A stretch of DNA of 58,258 nt, filler included, from Nemertoderma westbladi (Eukaryota > Animalia > Xenacoelomorpha), in assembly GCA_032718475.1 (NCBI GenBank). It is 2 parts of 2 records of this genome, joined end to end, with 100 filler letters (N's around TTAATTAATTAA, not from the genome) between each part and the next. Parts side by side here need not be neighbours in the genome. Positions count along the whole stretch, not along the records: positions 28,585 to 58,258 come from JAUCBJ010006627.1; 1 more part is not named here. One strand, written 5' to 3'. Position numbers and translations under genes: made by a program. The notes beneath the pieces are model-generated. The model saw only the letters and a program-made list of their open reading frames with translations, searched no databases and was not told the origin of the DNA. Of the stretch, positions 48,969-58,258 are shown piece by piece; the first letter of the stretch is position 1; each line of letters starts with the position of its first letter.

Positions 48969-51900
48969 CTCCCCCGCCCCCCCCCCCCCCATGCTATCTT
49001 CCTGGTGAGAAGATAGCATGAACCTCAAGTGCGCTCAAATTCCGCTGGAATCCGATCTAATATCGGATGTGTGGTGGTATATTTTTTTCCGGGACCAGTT
49101 TTCCAGACTGGCCCCTTTGGGTCTGCTCTCACTACCCACCCTTGGTACATCTGCGAGCTAAGTTGTACCAAGGCATTTGGCATCTCTATTTAGACGATCG
49201 CCTCTCCTCCTCACTCAATTTTCTTTGGATATTATTATCTGATCTCCCCATTACTTCCTCACCTCGTTAGTCCCATAGGACTCATCCTCCACTCAGCTCG
49301 CTCCCCACATTTGAATTTTGCGCCCTTCACCCTTCCTCAACTTCTCACACCTCATCATAGCACACCTCCTTTACTCAACCCCGTTTTACTCTCATTCTCT
49401 ATACTCCTGTCGGCCCTCACAACCTCACAAATGTGAGCACATATGTGGTAAGTGGGTCCTTTGTCTCGTCCTCCTGTTTCAGTCAATTAGTCCCCAGTCC
49501 CAGTAGCTAATTGGAAAAGCTTATGTCTGATTATAGTATGTATGTTGTATTTATTATAGATCTACTTATTGCACTTTCGATTGATTACATAGGTATGGTA
49601 TGCATAAATTTTATACTTATATAAAAAGGTGTGAACTTTGAGTATAAGTTAGTTTTAATCCTCGTGGTGCCTTCCAGGCATATCAATACAGTCCGGTATC
49701 AATCTTAAAGTTTCCCTCATGTTTCCACCGGAAACCACCTCATCTCCTTGCCCCTGTCATCATCCTGTCTCGGGCGTTTCTTCTCCTCTTGTTTGCTCTT
49801 TAGGGCACTCATCCGCGCCGATACAGCTTTGCCAGTCCCCGTTGTTGGATCCTTGGGTGTAGCCGTTATCATCTCACGGTATCATTTCGGTGGTGGTCCC
49901 ACTGAGTGTCCCTCCTGCTTTCCTCTGGTAGCGTCCCACATGATGATCTTCATGGCACATGGTATATGTTCTGCCAGAAAGCTCCTAAACTCCATCCTAT
50001 TCTCTGGTGACCACCTGTTGAGGTACCATTGAGTATTAATGACCCCTCTGTGTGATGCCTCCATCGCTACCTCCTGGTAGATGAATGGCAGTCTTCTCCT
50101 AGTGATCTCTTGGTGGGCCTCTTGGTTAATGTTAAATTACCCCCACCGGTACTCCTGGACCTTCATCCTATGTCTGGTCATGACACCAACATCGGCCCAA
50201 TCCTTGTAAATGCGAAACTTCTCCTTGTCGTTCATCCAGTCGCATTGACGCTCAAAGTGCCCCCTAAATCTGCACTTACTACATCTATGGTGTTCGGGCA
50301 TGCCCCCATCCTATGGGTGGAGTCGTGGCAGTACAGACAAGTCGGCCCCTTCTCGTAGCGATACAGACAGTTCTTCTTCTAGTGGGTTAACCACCCACAG
50401 TAGTCGCAGCCGTCTATCACAGTCTGCCTCCCATACTCGTCCTTGGCTCCACACAACCATCTGGGTCGGGTGGAGCCGCTGATACGTGAACATCTCCACC
50501 TTATCGTCTCTACCCATGTCGATGTCCTCTTCTTCTCTCAGCATCGTCTCCCCAAACACCACCCGTGGTGCTGTCCCCAGTTGCTCGCCTAGTCGGATCG
50601 CATCCACTGGGAAATTCATCGCCGGCTCTCCATGCTCCCAGGTTCACTTACCAGGGGGATCCCAGAAGGTTCTCGCCCCACTGGCTGTCATCACTCCCCT
50701 GTCCACCCAGTCCGTGTCTGCCTGACTGATCCTCTCTATCGGAGGCATCTCCCCAAACTCTTCTCCCTCCGTCTCCTCTACCACAAGCAGTTCCAAACCC
50801 GGGATCGTGGTTGATTTACCATGTCCCTTCCCAGCCTGGTACTCGCCCATAACTCTCCAGTCTTCAGCCACTCTCGGTCTCTTCCTCTTGAAGTCGCCCT
50901 CAGACCCCCCCAGGTATCGGCATTCTCTGCAATCCAGATGTTGACTGTATCGGCGATTCCTCCATCCATTCTATCTCGTCTTCTAGCCAAAACTCGCCCG
51001 AGGTCTCTGAGCCCCATCTCAGCTCTTCCAAATCCTGGGCTTTGAAATCGTAATCCCTCCTCTTTCTGCTGCCTCTCTGCCTGCTGCCTCCATCCTCTCT
51101 TTCCTAGTGGCCTCTTCCTCCCTCATTTCTCCCTCCCTGTCCGCCTCGTGTTCAACATCAGTGTAGTTACTGATCACCCATTCTCGCATGTCATCCTTAC
51201 TGGCACCACTCCCAGTAACACTGTTCCTCGCTTCTTAAATTTCCCAGTTGTACTCGTCGCCATTGTCTGGTCTCAATGTACTTCGGTGGATGTTCTCAAC
51301 ACATATCCTTCCTATGTCCGCCTACCGCGCATCTGTGACATAATCCAAATCTCCTTGTATAAGCCGATCTTAATAATCTGATGTAAGTCGATCTTCCTTC
51401 AACAATGCCTGCCACTGGTTACAATCAATGGTCTTATGTATCCCATTTCTATGCAGCTGACACTTATAGTTTGGATTATAATGCTCTCTGTATAGCGTTT
51501 TGCGTATTTCGTCCAGGTCCAACTCGGATGGTTTATTGTTGTATATGCCCACACCAGGGGTGTTGTTTCCTCTATAGCCACTATAGTTGTTCTGTTAGCC
51601 TAGTTAGTCTAGCGTCTTTAAAACTATTAATGCTTTCTCTAATCTAGTTGTGAAAGCTTTGATACTGACAGGGTTATCTGCAAGTCCACCTGATGTTATT
51701 CCTATTAAGGTTTGTCAGATAATCTTCACTGGATGGCCAAATTCCCTATCCAGGGCTCTCTACACTGCTGTGAAACCTCCTTTGATTCCCTGGTACTGCC
51801 TTGCAATATCATAGGCTGGCCCCCCTGTGTAAACTTGTAAATACTTAAGGCACTCCACCTGTGTCAGATTTTTCATAAGAATTTCATTACTGTACATCCT

Positions 51901-54863
51901 CCGGAATTGCAGATATTCTTCCAGCTTGCTACCGTCAAACTTGAAAGGTTCCACTAGTGGTAACTCTATTCTAGTTTTTAACATGTTGATGAGTGTTGCC
52001 ATTCCAATCGCCTGAATTTCCAATGCATTTGATGGTATGGGATGTAGGTTCCTTGCACACTGACGATGCTTTTCCTCCTGGGTTCGTCAACTTTCCTTGA
52101 GTTGGATATATCATTGGGGGCAATGGTCCCCTCCATATCTCGGTGTCGCATGACTTATTTGGATCTGAGGGGGTTGCAATTTTTATCTTATTCGGTTGCA
52201 TGTATTGTGGATACAGTGTATTACCCTGCCCCCCCCCCCCACTGGTGTTATATTCTGTACTGGGGTAGATGTCATTATATTGGGACCCATACATTTATCT
52301 GCAATAGCCCCCCCCCCCCCCCCCCTTCCCCTGGGTATATATTATATCCTTCCATATCATAGTCATACTGGAGTGCAGGCACCGTTATAGGCCTAATGGG
52401 TTGTTGCCTACTCACCAGTATGTAAGCCGTGACTTCCAGGTCCAATCCTGGCATTCGTGTTACCCTATCACCTACACTATCTCTCCCAGCATGGCCTATA
52501 GTATGTGCAGTAAGACCTACAGTATGTCCTGTAGTCTGAATGTGGTACTCTGGACTGAGGTTAAATCTTCTCGAATATTTCGAGAACTCCTCCCTGCGAC
52601 TACCATATCGTCGATTGGCAGTTACGCTCCGACGGGAAGTTTCCCTTTGATCCCTTCTTCTCTCATCCTCTTCATCCCGGTATACTCTATACCCCTCTCT
52701 CGGTGTGTAATATACATCGACAGGCTGTGTTCCTCTGGGGCGACGGAAATCTCCTGAAGTACAACCCCATCGGTTCTCTCCCTCCACTTCAAAAATTGAT
52801 GGTTCGCTGTCCGTCCTATCTCGGCACCTCTGGTTGCCTGTAGCAACATTTCCTCACTCATCCCTATCGTCCACCTCACGTCCTTTACTCCCAGCATTAT
52901 GTCTACGATCATGAGATCTCATATCGACATCCTGGATGAACCCTACTGTTCTCCTTCCATCTTCTGAGTGGGTTCGACATTCCCTCGTTTGGCCATTTGT
53001 GGCATAAACGCTTCTTCCCCTTCCTGGTTGTATGGCCTCGTAGATATTTGCTGACCCTTTATCCTCCTTTGTCATTGGGAGCCCCAGTTCACTTGACTCA
53101 CTGCATGCATTTCCCACCGACATCTGTTTATTGCCCCCCCCCCCCCCCCCGTCTTGTCACTAGTTGGTTGTGGTAGGGTGCCCGTAGCCCCCCCCCCCCC
53201 CCCCCCCCCCACCCGTCACTTCTGGTTACGCCCCCATCATTTCTCTCCCCACGCTCTCTTCCAGTCAACACGTTGCTTCTGTTTTCCCTGGGTTCATTCG
53301 CCTGTGGCCTCCATCAGGGGAATTATTTACTTCACAGTCGTTTATATTAATTATGCCGTTGTTACTTTCACCATAATTATTTATTATATTATTATTCAAC
53401 CCTTCATCGTTTATTATTTAAATTATTCTGTTCATCATTGTTATTTATTATATTATTATCATTTCAATTAATTAACTAATTATCATTCACAGTGAATTAT
53501 CATTCACTGTGTCAGTATCAACTTTGTTATTATTCACCAAAACATTATTTCCTGTAAGAAAGGTGCACTTGTTATTATTAGGATTATCAACTACGGTATT
53601 ATTAATATTAACACTAAATGTATTGTCATTACACCCCCCCCCCCCCCCCCCCCACACACCAGTTTTGTGTTTGCCATCCAGTCCCTGTAAGTGGAGTATT
53701 AACAAAGGTTTTCATTACCCCTGGTTCCTCATAAATACTACCCGAACCAGCCTCGCTCTCTGATAAACCCAGTTTTGCCAGTTCTAACCGGCGTTTCTGT
53801 CTCACCTGATACTCATTAACCCACTCAACCAGGTATGCATATCATCCCGCATTCTCTTACCAGCTATCTCCCTCTCCCTATCCTCTCTAATACTCTGGTC
53901 CGCATTTTCCCTCTCAATCCTCCCAGCTTCTCTTGCTTCTCGTTATTTGCACTCGTTCACTTCTCACGCCTCCCGTTCTTTGCACTCACTCAGTTCTCTC
54001 TCCTCCTGTTCTTTACGCTCACTCACTTCCCTCTCCTCCCATTCTTTATGCTCACTCACTTCCTTCTTCTCCCATTCTCTATACTCATATGCTTCCCTCA
54101 CAGCCCTCTCTCTATACTCTCTCTCCACCTTCGCAGCTCTCTCTTTACACTCTCTCGCTAGCTCCCTTTCCCTTTCTAACAAGACAGTCCCCTCATCCAA
54201 CTGTCTCTCTAACTCCCTTTGGTCCAACGCGACCATGTCTTGCTGGCATGCCAGCCATCTATCTCTAACACCCTTCTTGCTTTTGTGGAGGGTGTAGCGG
54301 ACTTTTTGGTTGCGACTGACTCCCATCGCATGCTGGTCTCACTACTTTTATTATGCCTGCTGGTCTTACTAACGGATGACACCGAATCCTCTGGGTTCAC
54401 CTCGGTTCCAGTGTCGCTCGAACACGCCCATCCCACTAACTTAATCCCTCGCGCATCTACTAGATAAGGCCTTATGTATACTACACCATACGGCATTATC
54501 CCCGATCACCACAATTCAAACAGTTCTGTGGTGACCTCTCTCGCCCTGTCATTCGCCAATTCGCCCTGCCCAAATCGGACTAAGTAGTGAAAATGTTTAT
54601 TGCACTCACCGAGTCTGCGCCTTAGCTTGCCGCCTGTAGCCACTGATTGGCTGGTGATCCTGGTACTCTTCTTGCCACTCTCGTCCCGCGTCGACTCGCT
54701 TTCCTCATCACCTTGTACTCATCCGCCTTCCTCCTCTCCAACCAAACCGTTGTTCTTCAGTGAACCCTGGGGCGTTCTTGGTTCACTCATGTTGGCATTG
54801 TTTCTCTCTCTAATAGTCTCGTCTTTGATTGTGGATGTTCGTCACAATGAGGTAGGTTTAAAC

Positions 54864-55262
54864 TGTGATGGGATCTGAGTTGGCGAGGGATCCTGACTGG
54901 TGTGTGTTTCGAGTTGTATGGGAAATACACGTCGCCACGTCCGCTTAGTCACTGAAAGGCTGTTAAGGAGCTGAAAGGCCGGTGCAACAAAGATGGAGTT
55001 TAGTTATTGTTGTTTATAATCTCAGATGTATAAGTACTGGTAATATAGCATAATCAGTATTGCACAATGACAGCAGTAACCACAACGGTTTTAACCATTT
55101 AACTTCTACTCTGAATACTAGCCAACTGATTCATAATTAACACTGAGTAACAGTTATATGGACATTACATGGAAGATTAGACACATTGCTTACTGTATTG
55201 ACCTACCAATAGATATGCACTAATTGATAGTATACCGCCCCACTATTGGTTGGTTTACTTCC
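54864..55262 (-). repeat. 5' LTR, interrupted after ~400 bp
   Basis: Similarity to the left LTR stops abruptly at GGTTTACTTCC. Confidence 0.85.
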
Positions 55263-55442
55263 TGAGGGATATTGCAATAGTAATGTACCGGTACGACTGT
55301 ATATTCTGATAACCTGCCAAAGGGCCTACACCAATCTGCCTGAATTTCATGATTACTGGATATTTCTATACTTCAGTTCCGAGATTCAACCTTTGCGAAT
55401 TACACTCCCTACACATATTATACTGTTATAGTAGTCCGTATA

Positions 55443-56351
55443 ATGGGTCCCAAGAGTTTAGAACTGCGAATGGATGCGCTGGAGCGCACTCTTAATCATA
55501 TCTCCAAAAGTCTTAGTAGCATAAACGATCAACTAAACCCATCGGACGGCTCTCCATCGCTCACTAAAGTTTTGTCCGATCTTAAACAAGAAAACATTCA
55601 GTTACGCGCAGACAACGTAAATCTTGCTAAACAAGTTGATGATTCGAAGGGAAAAATCGCTGATATCGAACGCGCCAACGATATACTCACCCAGTACGGC
55701 CATCGCAACAATGTTTTAATACACGGCGTTCCCGAAACAAACCGGCAAAACGACGAAGTTGTTATTAAGAAAATTCTGTCATTTTGTTCAATCGATCCTT
55801 TCGAAGTCGATCTTTGGCACCGAATCGGTCGCTCCGATCCAGGGGCGATTAAACATCGCCCTATTATTATTCGTTTTTTGCGCCATACCACGCGATTCCA
55901 TATTTTTTCCCATAAATCGGAGTTTGATAAGGGTACCTATCCCTCCGACCATCTTACTGCACCCCGTGTAGCACTTCTTAAGAAAGCCATCCAACTTAAG
56001 AAGGAAGGTCGTGTCTGCGCTGCCTATTCATCTAATGGGAAGATTCTTGTCAGACCAACCGAGGATTCGACTCCAATCGAGATTACGTCACGTGATAGCA
56101 TCGACGAAATTCGAAGAGAGTCTCGTCCCCGTGGCTACCATCTTAAACCTAAAAAGAAACAGTCTGTGGAGAATCCTCGTACAACCCGTAGCGTTTCTCG
56201 GGCTGACGCAGCACTAAATTCGAATTCTTCGGCAACCGGATCTTATTACGCCGTACTGGGAGATAGTGTCTCTGACCCCAAATCTCAACCTGTTCACTCG
56301 GTTACCGAGGATGACGATGGTGAAATCTTGGATGCAACACTTCACGGCTAA
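55443..56351 (+). CDS. LINE ORF1p (coiled coil + RRM + CTD; L1TD1/Transposase_22-like layout)
   Basis: QYGHRNNVLIHGVPE, HRIG, RPIIIRF, DHLT, NGKILVR. Confidence 0.88.
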   Translation: MGPKSLELRMDALERTLNHISKSLSSINDQLNPSDGSPSLTKVLSDLKQENIQLRADNVNLAKQVDDSKGKIADIERANDILTQYGHRNNVLIHGVPETNRQNDEVVIKKILSFCSIDPFEVDLWHRIGRSDPGAIKHRPIIIRFLRHTTRFHIFSHKSEFDKGTYPSDHLTAPRVALLKKAIQLKKEGRVCAAYSSNGKILVRPTEDSTPIEITSRDSIDEIRRESRPRGYHLKPKKKQSVENPRTTRSVSRADAALNSNSSATGSYYAVLGDSVSDPKSQPVHSVTEDDDGEILDATLHG

Positions 56352-56576
56352 TTCATTTAATCTTGTTATATAACATAATAACTAATATTTGAACACACTA
56401 AATATGTCAAATCAAAATAAAGATTGCTTTTTTAATAGGATTACAGTATACGGTAACTTAGCTCCCCCCCCCCCCCCCCCCCCCCCCATTGGAATAGTCC
56501 TATTATTCCATTTTTATATATATCGAAGGGGGCTAGGGTATTTTTCGCACTATTGCCAGCAACTGTCCTATTGTAG

Positions 56577-58258
56577 GCCCGGCCATTGGTAAAGGTATCC
56601 GCCAACAATACGAGTATTCAATCCCCCTGCATATCTGTCCCCATTAACTGTGCTTTTTGCTTTTCCACTATTTCGGCAGCTGATTGCCATTTTTCGTGTT
56701 CTTTATGCCAGTCAATTTTTCACCTCCAATGCGGTTCACATTTAAACACTTCAGATTTTCAGTCCCAAAATGTCAAAAATTGTTTGTGTATTTTCTGTCA
56801 AATTGCTACATTTCCGTTCTCTAACATATCTAATCAAGATGAAGACATATTCTCAAATAATAATACATATCCACAAACACCACTAGATAGTGAGTCCCAA
56901 AACTTCAACCAAACTTTTTCAAACATTGATCCCGATCAAAACGTCACCAAATTAGCTTTTGATAAGGGGTCGCTCACTGCCGAATATTTCCAGTCTGAGT
57001 TTTCTTCCTCTAACTATAAAGACTCTTTTTCTGTTCTACACTTAAATTGCTGTAGCTTACCCTTTAATTACGGTGCCATTAGCACTTTTCTTGATACCTT
57101 AAGCTTTAAATTCGATATTTTAACCTTTACTGAAACTTTTTTTAACTGTGATACCCCGTTAGATCTTTTTAAATTCAATGGCTACCACGACCGTCCGATT
57201 CTTACTAATCGCCAGACTGGAAATACAAGGCGCGGTGGCACCGCTATCTACGTGAGCGAGTCTTTACAAATGTCTGAGTGTCCCGAGTTCCAAATTCCGG
57301 GGCTCGAGAACTCATGGATTAGAATTGCTAGACCTGGTACTAAATCTCTTATCATAGGCACTATCTACCGCACTGACGCGATTAAACCGACCGACTTCAA
57401 TACGTTACTTAATACTAATCTTACTAAACTTACTAATAATAACTGTGACACTATTATTACTGGAGATATCAACATTGACTTACTGAAAACTAGCAACAAT
57501 AATACCCAGAAAGAATACATTAATTTACTCAACTCTTACGGATTCTTACAAATACTCAACCACCCTACTCGAATCGACCCAAAACGTAATTCCGAAACAT
57601 TACTTGACCACATTATCACAAACATTACTACTTCTGTCTCAAACGCTGGAACCTTTAACTGTAAAATCGGGAATTGCGACCACCGTGCAACTTTCATTGT
57701 TCTGCAAAAATTCAACTGCATCTTTAATAAACCTAAGAATTACACGAGCTTCGACTTTTCAAAATTCAACGAAAAAGATTTTTTACAGGATATTAAAACC
57801 AACGATTACTGGAGTTACACTGACAATTCTATTCCCATTCAGCTAAAATTTGAACATTTTTATAAGGACCTCATAAAAATTTGTACCAATCACTTGCCAT
57901 TGAAAACTTATACTCATAAAACACGTCCCAACAACCCATGGATAACTGAGAATTTGCTTAAATCTATACGAACTAAAGAAAAACTGTACCGTAAATACAT
58001 AAAAAATAAAACTGAAACTAACCGCTTGCTGTTCAATTCTTACCGTAATCGTTTAACATCTACACTTAGGGCTGCTGAAAAAAAATATTACTCTAAGCAA
58101 TTTGAACAAAATTCCAACAACATCCGTAAAACATGGACTGTTATTAACTCCGTACTTCATAAATCTTCAGCGAAATTATCCCCAAAGAAACTAATCATTA
58201 AAACAAATATCCATTCCAAAATTATTTCCAACCCTAAAGAAATTGCCGAAACGTTTAA
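56577..58258 (+). CDS. LINE ORF2p (PHD-like + AP-endonuclease), runs off the window; Crack/Daphne-like
   Basis: Absent from the ORF track because no stop is reached. Reads CAFC..CSLC..FH..C..CIFC..FPF, IDPDQN, LHLN, TETF, GGTAIYV, GDIN, PTR, LLDHI, NPWIT. No AUG before the PHD. Confidence 0.88.

Larger units (their letters stand above)
48353..55262 (-). mobile_element. Decayed BEL/Pao LTR retrotransposon
   Basis: Direct LTRs; PPT (G-run + GGGGGAG on the minus strand, 48969-48990); gag pieces LPLVEPFKFDGSKLEEYLQF (DUF1759-like), CQLHRNGIHKTIDC and CHRCAVGGHRKDMC knuckles; integrase-Zn-like CEKLR...QM near 49340. Confidence 0.82.

Noticed and set aside
53835-54326. Overlapping Leu/Ser/Phe-rich plus-strand ORFs suggesting membrane proteins
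   Set aside because: Translations of a CT-rich low-complexity tract; the minus-strand E/R/K frame within the BEL element is the more plausible one.

Overview
Repeat-rich eukaryotic (invertebrate animal-type) DNA. It consists of two contigs joined artificially at 28485-28584 (44 N + TTAATTAATTAA + 44 N). The left contig carries three host genes: the 3' end of a synaptobrevin/VAMP R-SNARE, an uninterrupted AMMECR1 CDS, and the last four coding exons of CFAP99. Between them lie MITEs, a tRNA-derived SINE, a Penelope-type remnant with a hammerhead-like motif, a decayed CR1 with a fresh 76-bp array, and one apparently intact CR1/L2-group LINE. The right contig is almost entirely retroelements: a putative LTR end with an orphan antisense ORF, two LINEs with 2A (StopGo) peptides, RTE-like and CRE-like fragments, a decayed BEL/Pao element, and a LINE inserted into its LTR. 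Best leads: (1) a LINE whose ORF2 starts with a ~275-335 aa multi-pass membrane polypeptide joined to APE-RT by a 2A-like motif, paired with a SAP + SGNH-esterase ORF1; (2) an intact LINE whose AUG-less ORF2 overlaps the end of ORF1 at a correctly phased G_GGA_AAC -1 frameshift heptamer; (3) the orphan ORF antisense to a PPT/LTR; (4) abundant TA-flanked palindromes resembling excision footprints, some in frame inside an ORF. All calls are by-eye motif recognition; no searches were run.
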